From Octopus sinensis (lineage: Eukaryota): a DNA stretch of 64,000 nucleotides. Location: NCBI RefSeq assembly GCF_006345805.1, contig NC_043005.1, positions 67,828,001 through 67,892,000 on the forward strand, in the 5' to 3' direction. Shown here one piece after another: positions 40,394-53,482 of this stretch. The notes beneath the pieces were generated by a model. It saw only the letters and a program-made list of their open reading frames with translations. It had not been told where the DNA came from and searched no databases. Each line of letters begins with the position of its first letter. Positions within the stretch are counted from its first letter, which is position 1. The position numbers were made by a program, and so were the translations under genes.

Positions 40394-40628
40394 AGGCAGC
40401 GAGCTGGCAGAAACGATAGCACGCCGGGCTCAATGCTGAGCGGTATTTCGTCTGCCGTTACGTTCTGAGTTCAAATTCCGCCGAGGTCGACTTTGTCTTT
40501 CATCCTTTCGGGGTCGATTCAATAAGTACCAGTTACGCACTGGGGTCGGTATAATCGACTTAATCCGTTTGTCTGTCCTTGTTTGTCCTCTCTGTGTTTA
40601 GCCCCTTGTGGGTAGTAAAGAAATAGGT
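40394..40628 (+). mobile_element. SINE family A monomer with ~12-bp TSD
   Basis: GGCAGCGAGCTGGCAGAAACG…GAGTTCAAATTCC…GTAAAGAAATAG; GTATTAACTCGC on both sides. Confidence 0.92.
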
Positions 40629-41236
40629 ATTAACTCGCCCTATTGTACGAATTTATTTCCCTTGCATCTAAAATATTTGCTTAGTTTTTGCTTTCCTTAT
40701 TTCGTTGCTTTCTTTATTAGGCGTTACCTTGTTCGCTAAGGAGATTTTGTAATAACAAAACATATCCTGAGTTGTCTCCCATATTTGCAGAAAAAAAAAT
40801 ATCGAAACAAAATTCATCAGTGACTAATACTGTATCACCTCGACAAGCAGAATCGGAACAGACACTGCAAAGCATTGTGTCAGATACTCTAATAACTATT
40901 CCACTCCATTGTACGCGAATGGTACTTAATTTATCGACCCCAGAAAGATGAATGAAAAACTTAACATTGACGTCATCAGGACTGAGAACACAAGAAGTTG
41001 AATCAAATACAAATACCGAAAAGAATTCTGACCAAACCTGAAACGACTGTATGTCAAAATGCATGTATATATGTATATATACATGTTTCGATGTATGTAT
41101 GTATGTATGTATGTATGTATGTATGTACGTACGTATGTATGCATGTACGTATATATGTATCTATATATATACGTATGTATGTATGTATATACGCTTGTAC
41201 GTATGTATGTACGTATGTATGCATGCATGCATGTAT

Positions 41237-41278
<42 letters not shown>

Positions 41279-41869
41279 TAAACTCTAGCGTGCGGTTGAG
41301 TAAATTTTATTCTGGACGGATTCGGCTGAAGAGCTACAGATATGTTGTGTGAGTAAAATTACATAATTTATTAATAGAGAATCAATTGTCCTGAACTAAT
41401 CTGCATTTTTGTTGTTTTTATTTGCCCTGTTCGTTTGCGCTAGTAGTGTAAGCCTTACACCAACGTCAGTGGAAAGTGCGGTCTATGCGATATGGAAAGA
41501 TGGCTCATCTGGAAAAGCATGTCTAAATTCAAGAACTGAGATTTTTGGTTCATGTCCAAATGTGGGTAAATATTTGTTACGCTTTTGGTCCCCGCAAGAT
41601 CACAAACAGAACAACTTACCTTTTATATTGTGTCCACGTACAAGCTTTTTATCTCTCTATACTTTTAATATATATATTTTTTATATTTTTTACATATTTT
41701 TTTACATGTTTTTTACATATTTTTTTACATATTTTTTACATATTTATAGAGATATATTTTTATATTTTTATTGCTTTATATTTTTTACACATTTTTTCTA
41801 TATTTTACCTTTCACCCTACATTTTTCTTGTGCATGTTCGTATATAGACGTGTATATTAATTTTTTTGT

Positions 41870-42245
41870 GCGCGTGTGTGTCCGTGTTTTTGCGGGTATG
41901 TATATATGTACATGTATATGTACATGTGTATGGTTGTATATACACGTGGGTGTACATGGGAGTGTTCCACGCGAGTGTGAGTGAGCATATGCATATATAG
42001 CATGCACGTATTTTAGGCGTGCATTTGAATACAACTGTGCGCATGTGGGTATGTGCACGTGTGTGCGGGTATGTATATATGTACATGCGTATGTACATGT
42101 GTATGGTTGCATATATATGTGGGTGTACATGCATGTGTTCTACGCGAGTGTGAGTGGGCATATAGCATCTGCGTATTTTTAGACGTTTTAGACGTGCATT
42201 TGAACATAACTGTGCGTATATGGGTTTGTGCACGTGTATATGTGT
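41870..42245 (+). repeat. Two ~175-bp units of a microsatellite-derived minisatellite (remnant at 42700-42800)
   Basis: GCGGGTATGTATATATGTACATG…GCGAGTGTGAGTG…GTGCATTTGAA is repeated. Confidence 0.8.
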
Positions 42246-42276
42246 GTGTGTGGATATATATATACGTGTACATAAG

Positions 42277-42688
42277 GGCGGCGAGCTGGTAGAAACGTTA
42301 GCGCGCCGGGCGAAATGCTTAGCGGTATTTCGTCTGTCGTTACGTTCTGAGTTCAAATTCCGCCGAGGTCGACTTTGCCTTTCATCCTTTCGGGGTCGAT
42401 AAATTAAGTACCAGTTACGCACTGGGGTCGATGTAATCGACTTAATACCTATGTCTGTCCTTGTTTGTCCCCTCTATGTTTAGCCCCTTGTGGGTAATAA
42501 AGAAATAGGTATTTCGTCTGTCGTTACGTTCTGAGTTCAAATTCCGCCGAGGTCGACTTTGCCTTTCATCCTTTCGGGGTCGATAAATAAACTACCAGTT
42601 TCGCACTGGGGTCGATGTAATCGACTTAATCCCTTTGTCTGTCCTTGTTTGTCCCCTCTGTGTTTAGCCCTTTGTGGGCAATAAAGAA
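42277..42688 (+). mobile_element. SINE family A head-to-tail dimer with 20-bp TSD
   Basis: Junction AAAGAAATAG|GTATTTCGTCTG at ~42510; ATATATATATACGTGTACAT at 42254-42273 and 42689-42708. Confidence 0.93.
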
Positions 42689-42889
42689 ATATATATATAC
42701 GTGTACATGCATGGTTGCATTTATATGTGCATCTATTGGCGTATGTGTGGGTGCGCATGTGTGTGTTTCATGCGAGTGTGGGTGAGCATATGCATATAGG
42801 CCCATGAGTGTAGTGTATGTATGAAGTTACCGAAAGTGGTTAACTCAGAATGAACGAATAAATGAGGGTTTGTATGTTTTAGCCTTTTA

Positions 42890-43330
42890 TCCTTTATGGT
42901 TTACTTGTTTCAATCATTAGACTGCGGCCATGCTGTGGCACCGCCTTGGAGAATTTTTAGTCGAATGAATCGACCCTAGTACTTTTTTTTTCGAAGCCTG
43001 GTACCTATTCTATCGATCGTTTTTGCCAAACTGCTAAGTTGTGAGGTCGTTAACACACCAACGCCGGTTGTCTAGCAGAGGGGACAAACACAGACACAAA
43101 TACACACACGCGCACGCACGCACGCACAGAGAGAGAAGGGGAGAGGGAGAGACAGACAGACAGACAGATAGACAGAGTGGGGAGTGGTCTTTCAGTTTCC
43201 GTCTACCAAATCCACTCCGCTCACAAGGCTTTGGTCGGCTCGAAGCTATATTTGCAAAGACATGCCGAAGGTGTCACGCAGTGGGACTGAACCCGGAACT
43301 ATGCGGTTGGAAAACAAGTTCCTTAACACA
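42890..43330 (-). mobile_element. SINE family B, diverged
   Basis: Tail, body and head recognisable; the internal repeat is replaced by CA/GACA runs. Confidence 0.82.
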
Positions 43331-43543
43331 CAGTTTGATCGTTTGGTCTGCTAGAAATCTCTCTCACCTCCTGACAAGAAAGGAATTCTCCCTTTACCTT
43401 CTTTTGAGAGAAATTTGATCATTATATAATATGGTGATATTCTTGTCTCAAGAACAAAGGACGAGGAGTTTGCTGATAAGCGAATTACAACGGATTCAGT
43501 AAACGTCCAAATGCTTGAAATTTATGAAGTATTACTATATTTA

Positions 43544-43584
<41 letters not shown>

Positions 43585-43606
43585 TATTATTATTATTATT
43601 ATTATT

Positions 43607-44155
43607 GAGTGAGAGCAGTGCATGCCATCAAAGTGACACTGGGGTAAAATATACGAAGCCCAATCTGCCCAACATGACTACCCGTCTGATAAAGGTACAC
43701 CAGGCACATGCATCACAACCATATGTGCGCGACATGATGATCTCATATCAAGATAAACAGAACATGACCTTGCAGGTGGGGCCCAGTTAGAATTTTCTTC
43801 TGGTCGAGTAACCCATCCCGCTCAAAAGGTCCCTGAATAAGGATTGTTTAAGGATGTTGAACGAAACACCCATGTTTCCAGAGGTGAATTATTCAAACCC
43901 CAAAGAATTCCTCTCAGCACATGGCTATGATGCTCCCGCACTACTTCTGCTCGTGATCAGAGATGCACATATCGTCAACCACTAAGAGACATGCTCAACT
44001 GGTTAAGGTCAAACAACTGACAAGCAAATCTGTGGTATTGAGCAGAATATTTGCTGTAGCCCATCTTTTATACCAAGACAAAAGAATGTAGATGATAACA
44101 CTTCTAATCACTTAAGATCAGAAGCCATGAGAGCCACTGCCTGGTATTGCATCAG
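43607..44155. mobile_element. 549-bp non-coding interspersed element embedded in (ATT)n
   Basis: Sharp boundaries against (ATT)n on both sides; no coding homology recognised; class unassigned. Confidence 0.6.
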
Positions 44156-44353
44156 ATTATTATTATTATCATCATTATTATTATTATTATTATTATTATC
44201 ATTCATTGTTTAACAAACCATCAAAGTGATGAAAGATGAAGCTGAACATCGGCGCGATTTGAACTTGGAGTATAGGGGCAGGAGTGAACACTTTGATCGG
44301 CAGTTTTTGTTGGAAGCGAAGCTATCCCCTGTGGTTATATTACCTAGATTATA

Positions 44354-44409
<56 letters not shown>

Positions 44410-44486
44410 TTTCTTAATTAATTATCGATCTTATCAAGTGGCCAGCTTGGGAATAAAAACCTTCAAACGTAATAATTATTAATAAA

Positions 44487-44885
44487 ACTAGCAGTATAGC
44501 TCAGCGTTGCTCGGGCTTGTTTTCTTTTCGACCCTTTAGAATTGGAATTTTTGAAAAGTAAAAATTTTGTATTATGTAGCTTTTTATTCTCTTTAAGTGA
44601 ACATTCTTCTGGTTGAAATACACCGAAAAATGGCGACACACCAGTAAAAAAATCGTAAAAAAATAGGGATTTTCATAGAAAAAAGCACCTTTTTGATGTA
44701 AATAATTGTTGGTCTTAACATGGTCCGATTTGAATTTTTTTTCTTCTACGGAAGGAAGAGTAAGCCTTCTTCTATCATACTCTCAATATTGGTCAATTTG
44801 CGTCGTAGGGTCTCGGAGGGGATAGTGTTAGTTGAAGGCTACCAAACCTGCCATACACACACAACTTCAGCTTTATATATATATA
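44487..44885 (+). mobile_element. Helentron/HINE-like element
   Basis: Copy of the 36485 element. Confidence 0.7.
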
Positions 44886-45063
44886 TATTGTATAACATTA
44901 CTCTTTTATGTACACTTTTTTATGTACACTCCTATATGTACACTGTTTTGGTCTACTTTTTTATGTTTAACCCTGTAGTTTCTTATGTGGTGGTTTAATA
45001 AAGTATGTGATTGAGTATTATCTGGTAATTGATATTTGATTTAGATGTATTTCTCCATTTTCT

Positions 45064-45112
<49 letters not shown>

Positions 45113-45114
45113 GG

Positions 45115-45154
<40 letters not shown>

Positions 45155-45818
45155 GAGAGAGAGGAAGAGAGAGAGATCAAAAATAAAACGGGAAGAAAAA
45201 GTCAGATGTACACGATGCATATATTAGACTGAAAGTATTAGTGAGAGAGAGAGGGAGGTGAGAAGAAAGAGAGAGAAAAAGGAGAGCAAAAGAGACGGGG
45301 TGGACAGACACACACAGAATCTGTCAGAGACAGAGAGACAGTCAGACAGACAGACAGACAGCGTAAGAGAAAGTGGAAGAAAGAGAGGACCTGACAGAAA
45401 AGTGATTGATAGCTGTATTGAATGCTATGTTAACAAATAGAGCTTTTGTGTTCAATGAAATCAACTGCACTAACGATACCGTTAACTGATGATGTTGCGT
45501 GTGTGTGTCTATGTATATGTGAGTATGTGTGTACGTATGTGTATGTGTATGTGTGTGTCTGTGTCTATGTGTATGTGTGAATTATTTTGTGTGGGGGGGG
45601 GGTTATTTTGTATGTGTGTGATCGGGGTAATTGAGGTATATACTCGTAACGTTTGCATGAAATAGCGTAATGATAGCGCTGGAAAAGAGAGTGACGTTTC
45701 TGGTGTAAGGGAGATAATCTACATCTAAGGGAGGTAATAACTCTATACTTCATGGTCTGAAATTTGTGCAGAGATAATTTACTAAGATTACTATTTCAAT
45801 TTACAATTTCAATGCCAG

Positions 45819-45886
<68 letters not shown>

Positions 45887-46054
45887 ATGTTATGTATGTT
45901 ACATATATATATGTTACATACATATAACATTGTGTATGTAATATAAATTTTCTAAATTTTCAGATTTTTCAATAAGCTAGACCACTGGTTTTAAATTGAT
46001 ATGAAATCAATATTCAAGTTTTCACTCTTATTATTTTAAATTTATATATATATG

Positions 46055-46208
46055 TGGTAAGTAGCTTGCTAACCAACTACATGGTTCCGGGTTCAGTCCC
46101 ACTGCGTGGCATCTTGGGAAAGTGTCTTCTGCTATAGCCTCGGGCCGACCAAAGCCTTGTGAGTGGATTTGGTAGACGGAAACTGAAAGAAGCCTGTCGT
46201 ATATATGC

Positions 46209-46240
<32 letters not shown>

Positions 46241-46460
46241 ATGTGTTTGTATACGTTTGTGTGTCTGTGTTTGTCCCCCTAGCATTGCTTGACAACCGAT
46301 GCTGGTGTGTTTACGTCCCCATCACTTAGCGGTTCGGCAAAAGAGAACGATAGAATAAGTACTGGGCTTACAAAGAATAAGTCCCGGGGTACGATTTGCT
46401 CGACTAAAGGCGGTGCTCCAGCATGGCCGCAGTCAAATGACTGAAACAAGTAAAAAGAAA
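46055..46460 (+). mobile_element. SINE family B
   Basis: Near full-length match. Confidence 0.92.
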
Positions 46461-46465
46461 AAAGA

Positions 46466-46514
<49 letters not shown>

Positions 46515-46669
46515 TCCATTACAAATCTACAAGTGTGTTTATGAAATGCAATGATTATAAGTGAAAGTAAAAATGATTTAATCGCGTGTTGGGAATGTTT
46601 GCTGAAGAGAAATTGTCTGTGTATTTCTGTACCAATATATATAGGAGTAGATGTGGCGTGCGTGCACGT

Positions 46670-46684
46670 CAGTGGTGTGTGTGT

Positions 46685-46723
<39 letters not shown>

Positions 46724-47600
46724 TGTGTGTGTGTGTCTGTATACGTGTGTGTGTGTGTGTGTCTGTATACGTGTGTGTGTGTGTGTGTGAGTTGTATGTT
46801 TGTGTGTGAGTTGTGTGTGTGTGTCCGTGTGTGTCCGCGTGCGAACGTGTGTATGTAAGTGTGTGTATGTGCGTGTGAGTGTGTGTGTGTGTGTGTACGT
46901 GTGTGTGTATGTACATGTGCGTGTGTCTGCGTGTGCGTATGTGATTGTGTGTGTATCTGCAGGCGCGCGCGTCTGTGTACATGTGTCTGCCTCTGTGTGT
47001 GTATGTGTGTGTGTGTGTGTGTGTATACGCGTGTGCATGTATGTGTTTACGTGCGTGTGTGTATGTGTGTGTGTGTATTTACACGTGTATGCATGTGTCC
47101 ACGCGCGCGCGCGCGTGAATGAGTCTGTGTGTGTGTGTGTGAGTATGTGCGTGTGTGTGGGTATGTGCGTGTGTGTGAGTGTGTGAGTACGTGTGTGTGT
47201 ATGTACATGTGCATGTATATATGTGTGTATACGTGCGAGTGTGTACTTGCGTACGCGTTTGTGTGTGCGCGTGTGCAGGTGTATGTGTGTGTGTGTGTGT
47301 ACCTGTAAGCGCGCGTCTGTGTGCATGTGTCTGCCTCTGTGTGTGTGTGTGTGTGTGTGTGTACGTGTGCTTCTTTGTCACTGTATGTGCATTTCTGTTT
47401 ACGTTTATATATGTACTTATATGGGCATGCTTCCAAGTCTCGTTTATCTGATGCGTAAACGGTACAATAACGACAAGAGCAAAACGAACGTCGAGAGTGA
47501 GCACAGCTGTATAAATACATGTGTGTGTGAGTGAGTGAGAGAGAGGGAGAAGGGGTGAGAGTGTGTGTGTGTGTGTGTGCGCGCATGTGTGTGTGCGAGT
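46670..47600 (+). repeat. Degenerate (TG)n tract
   Basis: Compound TG/TATG/CG repeats. Confidence 0.95.
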
Positions 47601-47815
47601 CTGTGTAGTTGAAATTCCATTATCATTTTAACAATGTAGTCAAAGTGTTAAAAAACAAAACTTGTTCTGAGGAAAAATTTCTTTTAGATTCACCAAAAAA
47701 AAAAAAAAAAAAACAAATGGTAACGACATTTTGTTCTTTACGCATGCGCCTAAAAATATGCAACTTTCAACGTCGATTCAACGAAGATCGGAATGTAGAA
47801 ATCAATTTATCAAAC

Positions 47816-48215
47816 ACTAGCAGTATCGCCCGGCGTTGCTCGGGCTTGTTTCGAGCCTTTAGAATTGGAATTTTTGAGAAGTAAAAATTTTGCATTATGT
47901 AGCTTGTTATTCTCTTTAAGTGAACATTTTTCTGGTTTAAATACACCGAAAAATGGCGACACAGCAGTAAAAAAATCGTAAAAAATAGGAATTTTCATAG
48001 AAATAAAGCACCTTTTTGATGTAAATAATTTTTGGTGTTAACATGGTCCGATTTGAATTTTTTCTTCTACGGAAGGAAGAGCAAGCCTTCTTCTATCATA
48101 CTCTCAATTTTGGTCAACATGCGCCACAGGGTCTCGGAGGAGATTGTGTTAGATTGAAGGCTACCAAAACTGCCATACACAGACAACTTCAGCTTTATAT
48201 AGAGAGAGAGATTAG
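47816..48215 (+). mobile_element. Helentron/HINE-like element
   Basis: Copy of the 36485 element. Confidence 0.7.
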
Positions 48216-48660
48216 TTTGAAATAAAGCATTCCCTCCATGACAAATCAGTCTATGCAATCGGAAGTTTCGTGGGGGTAGGTTGTTGTTGTTGTTGCTTTT
48301 CTGACTGTGACCTGTAGTAAGAAGGAAAGCGCTCTAACCGAGACTAACCCGTCTTTTTGTGGTATCCGTGTTTTCTTTTCTTTTCCAATATATATCCTAC
48401 CATGACCGTCTCTTCATTATTAGATTCAGAGTATTTTTTTACCACTATCTTGTTAAAAACCAAAGGGTTGTGACTGTTATCAATCTGTCTTTTTCAAATT
48501 CAAATTTCAACTCGGAGGCAATAAGAAACAAAAAGAAGCTTGCTTCCCAACCACGTGGTTTCGGGTTCGGTCCCATATTGGGCCACTACTACCTAAGCCT
48601 CAGGGCGACCAGGGCCTTGTGAGTGGATATGGTAGACGGAAACTGAAGGAAATCCGATTT

Positions 48661-48760
<100 letters not shown>

Positions 48761-49410
48761 CAACTTTCTTTATTGGCCACACAAGGCTGAACATAGAGAG
48801 GTCAAATACAATATAGAGTTTTTTTTTCGAGGGGGGCGAAAACAAGCAAAAATAAAAAATAAAAATAGGGACAACGATCAAAAGGGATCGAAATCGTTTG
48901 GGATATACAAAAGCCGAAATAGTACAAAAAGTTCCCAAAAGTGGAGAGATTTATCCGTGGAAAGAAAAACCTACGAAGAGACCACGGTAACCTCGGGCAA
49001 TAATGTCACAATAACACATTTACAAGTAGGTAGCTCTCTTTTTTTTCTTTGTTTTTCTGGCTCATAAGATTATGCTCAAGGTGGCTCCGTCATTCACACG
49101 TGCTATCCTTGCTACATTCACCCAGCTTTTGTTGAAGCATTCGCTAGACAAAACTTCCCTCTCTACACTCACCATCCTTTTCAAGTGATACTTGAAGAAG
49201 TTGATGAGAGGTTGACCAGAGAGGAAAGTGTTTGTCTCTAGGCCTTTCAGTCGCGTCCACCGCACACATTCTTTCGCCATAGCCACAAGTAAGATGAAAA
49301 TGGCTCTTCCTTCCCGTTTTAAGGAAGGGGACGCGACAATATTGATGATGGGTTCGGCTGATAAACCGACTCGTTCAACACGTGACAGCAGTTGTTCAAC
49401 ATAAGCCCAG
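48761..49410 (-). mobile_element. Tx1/L1-like LINE 3' end, 5'-truncated (~650 bp), flanked by (GATA)n at 48661-48760 and 49414-49506
   Basis: Open frame WAYVEQLLSRVERVGLSAEPIINIVASPSLKREGRAIFILLVAMAKECVRWTRLKG…DGATLSIIL*, then the 3' UTR ending GGCCAATAAAGAAAG. The clade call relies on the related RT fragment at 53720-54760. Confidence 0.8.
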
Positions 49411-49412
49411 GT

Positions 49413-49507
<95 letters not shown>

Positions 49508-49514
49508 GTGTGTC

Positions 49515-49730
49515 GTGTGTGTGTGTTTGACACCCGCCATCGCATGACAGCCGGTGTTGGTGTGTTTATGGTCCCATAACTGAGCGGTTTGACAAAAGAG
49601 AGCGACAGGACAAGTACCAGACTTTAAAGAATAAGTTCTGGGATCGATTCATTCGACTAAAATTTCTTTATGGCGGTACCCCAGCATGGCCACAGTCTAA
49701 TAAATGAATCAAACAAAACAAGTAAAAAAA
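49515..49730 (+). mobile_element. SINE family B, 3' half
   Basis: GACAGCCGGTGTTGGTGTGTTTATG…CCAGCATGGCCACAGTC. Confidence 0.75.
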
Positions 49731-50021
49731 TAAAACCTTAAAAATAATGAGTTATAATTTGGGTAGAAGATCAGAAATTTGTGGATGGGAGACACAATTC
49801 GTTATCATCGACCCTGGTATTTGATAGGTACTTTATTTCATCGACCACGAAGTGATGTAAAGCAAAGTTAACCTCCGTGGATTTCGAACTCTGGGCGTAA
49901 AAGTGTCGGAAAAAATACTACTTGGCATTTTGTTCGACACTCTAACGATTCTGCCAGCTCTGAGAATTACCTCCAGGTTGGTCTCTTTGGCGATGTGCAG
50001 TTCATCCACCGTGGAGGCTCG

Positions 50022-50330
50022 TGGCTTGGTGATTAGAGTGTTGCACTAGCGATCGTAAGATAGTGGTTTCGATTCCTAGACTGAATAATGGATTGTGTTC
50101 TTGAGCAAAACACTTCATTTCCTGTTGCTCCGGTCCGCTCAGCTGGCTAAAACAAGGCACCCTGTGACAGAGCGGTGCCCCGTCCTCGTTGAGGTGGAGG
50201 ATATATATGTCACAAAATCCGTCAAAAGGCTTTATGAGCCTAAGGTTCGTATGGGACCCATACCGTCGCTAAGGGGGAACACTGGGCGGCATTGCACCTT
50301 AACTATTCAGTGGAGCATTCTCTGATTTAC
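50022..50330 (+). mobile_element. SINE family D variant
   Basis: GGAGGCTCGTGGCTTGGTGATTAG…GGTTTCGATTCC…TGTTCTTGAGCAAAACACTTCATTTC. Confidence 0.75.
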
Positions 50331-50687
50331 GGTGATACTCTTATATCGAAACTCCACCTTAGCATTATTACAAATTTGTGCCCAATCAGAATATTCTGAA
50401 GCACCTCTAAGCACCAAAGTCTGGCGACTGACCTAGAAGGACCTTTCGTCCCTTCTTTTTGTGTGTGTGAAGGGGGATCGGGTCATCACAATCAGACATT
50501 ATCATAAAATCTGGCAGTTCTTTATCAATGATTCTAAAGACTTTTCCCCCCTCTAATCCAGAACAGATACGAAGCATCTTTTAGTGTAAGTCCATTACTT
50601 ACTTCGAATACTATTGTTAGATACGTTATTACACATGGTAACGTGAGTACGTCACCGCATGTAAGAACGAATGTAACATGGGCTTCT

Positions 50688-50835
50688 TTCAGTTTCCGTC
50701 TACCACATCCACTTACAAGGCTTTGGTCGGCCCGAGGATATAGTCGAAAACACTTGCCAAAAGTGCCCCCACAGTGGGACTGAACCCAAAACCATGTGGT
50801 TGGGTAGCAAGCTTCTTTGCACACAGCCGCGCCTG
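50688..50835 (-). mobile_element. SINE family B, head fragment
   Basis: Reverse complement of the head through GGAAACTGAAAGAAGCCC. Confidence 0.8.
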
Positions 50836-50886
50836 CACCAAAAATTTTTTGTTTTATAACAGATTGATGTCCTCGTACCTGTCAAC

Positions 50887-51035
50887 ATGGAACCGGTAAG
50901 CAAAAGAAAGTACGAAGGATCCTCATCCTAACGCACGACGCAAACGAGTGTACTCTCTACAGGAAAAGGTAGAAATGATCAAGAAAATACGTGAGGGTAG
51001 AAGTTTCACGAAGGTGGGCCGCGAGTTTCGCCCCG
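50887..51035 (+). pseudogene. pogo/Tigger-like transposase N-terminal (CENP-B-type HTH) fragment
   Basis: With one frameshift it reads MEPVSKRK…RRKRVYSLQEKVEMIKKIREGRSFTKVGREF, resembling the psq-type HTH consensus. Confidence 0.55.
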
Positions 51036-51709
51036 TTACAGTGAGAAGACACTGCCCATAGTTGTTGTTGACAAACAACAGCAGTAATTTTATTCAGTAA
51101 TTTTATTCAGCTGAATACACGTCATTGATTGGTCGAAATTACCGAAATACGACAACTTTAACACGAAATAACTTCGTAAATAGAAACTTTTCTCAACAAC
51201 GCTAAGAATAAAAGATGTTCTATATGACACATTCTACCAGTATCCGAAGTTTCAAAGTGTTTAGTTAAAGAAAATTAATCGAGCTACCCATGAAAAGGAA
51301 AAGATCCCAAATTTGAACCCAAAACGTAAAGACGGATGAAATGCCACTAATGAAATTCTAATAATGCAAGGCAATGGAAACAGCTTTGTTTTTGTCTTTT
51401 GTTGTTTTTTCCAACATAGAATTTTTTTTAACGCTGATAAGAATTAATAATCAATGATATGAAGAATAACCACAAAGACAGGCGTTTCTTAACGACATAA
51501 CATCGTTTAATTACGTTAATAAAAATATCTATTTTGCTAAGTATCATTGTTGAATGAGCGCGCTGCTAGACAACAAGTAATGGGTATGCGAGACCCCACA
51601 AGAGGTGTGTACTTTTATCAAAGTTCTCACCTGATAAAATCCTGACAGGAGGAACCAATATATTTGATCTGCAATCATATGTATTATTTGTCTTCTTTGT
51701 GATAGTTCA

Positions 51710-51806
<97 letters not shown>

Positions 51807-53253
51807 TGGATCTTGCATGCATGAAGTGGATTCGATCCACCACAGCCAAATTTAAATTAACACTGCAACAGAACTTTTCCCACGATGGAACAATGGTTTT
51901 TCTCTGACAGCAGTTTTACGTTTTCCAGATGCCTTTAGCTAGGCCGAAATAATGTCTTCACCACTTGACCCTTTCTAACCTCTTTTACTTCACCAAAAGC
52001 TAGAATAGATAACAAGACCACCAACTGAATCTATTGTTCTCAATGATATATCTATCCTTCTGGATCTTAATATAAGCAAGCACGTCCCAAGCAAAAATCA
52101 GTTAGTCACCAACCGGTGACATCTCAATGAGGTCTGGCTTACCAACCTTGGTCAGAGGGAGAAAGCAAACTGTGAGACAACACCCTACAATTCTCTCTAG
52201 TTCTAATTCTGTTCTCACAACATCATTCTATCTCTCTCAGCAATTACTACTAAACAATGAAGAGGGCACAAACACAAACTTTACTTCGCATGCTTTTGGA
52301 TTTATTATAACCTGCCGTCGAGGCACGGTATTTGTAACGTAACGGTAAATAAATACTTTCTTAAAAACTTCATGCATTTTTCATCTTTCATATCCTACAA
52401 CTTGCTGCCATAACAACACGAATAATTATCGTCAGACCAGCTGACTACGACAATTCATTATGTTTACCAATCAATTAAAGCCGTTACATATATATATACA
52501 TATATCTGAGTGATGTTGTCAACCTATATCTTCTTTCTGTTATGAATAATTTAAATTTTTTGGTGAGGTGGGTACGACGTTAGTGTGTGTCTACATGTAA
52601 AAGGCCCTGTGACGAACTTGTACCATGTATACAATCAAAAACTCAGCCATCGATTTGTGACACCATCGTTTTAGCTTTCCTTTAACACTGAGAATGGAGC
52701 TTTTCATTAAGTGTGTCGTTTGGCTTTGTGGTATTATTGTTGTAATCATAGGCATGCTGGACCAAGCTATTATAAGTATTCAGTTACTGTTTATCTTTAT
52801 GAGAGGTTCTCAATATCTATGAATTTGTGACGTGCTGAAGATCAAATAAGAAAAAAATGTTGACTCACTTCGCGTAGTGTTTTTTATCTTTATTTTTTTT
52901 CATTTTTTATTTTTTTGTGGCTGTGTACATGTTGAACAATTTAGAAAAAAATATTTCTTAAAAATGCTGCTTGTTTTATTCCAAGTAAATATGAATAACA
53001 TTTTGAGTAGCACGGTTTTCAAGCAGTTCAGGCGTTAATATGGATTTTCTAAAGCTTTAGCTTATATTCTTAAAAATATGCGGCGCATATAGGTACATCA
53101 TGTGTTACACATAGGTGCCTCTTGTGAGGCATTTAGGTATTTCTTATGGCGCATCTAGGCATCTCATGTTCCGCACACATAGGTACCTCTCGTGGCACTT
53201 GGTACTTCTTACGGCACATTTATATACCTATAGGTGTAGGAGTGGCTGTGTGG

Positions 53254-53406
53254 TAAGTAGCTTGCTTACGAACCACATGGTTCCGGGTTCAGTCCCACTG
53301 CGTGGCACCTTGGGCAAGTGTCTTCTACTATAGCTTCGGGCCGCCCAAAGCCTTGTGAGTGGATTTGGTAGACGGAAACTGAAAAAAGCCCGCCGTATAT
53401 ATGTAC

Positions 53407-53437
<31 letters not shown>

Positions 53438-53443
53438 CGTGCG

Positions 53444-53482
<39 letters not shown>

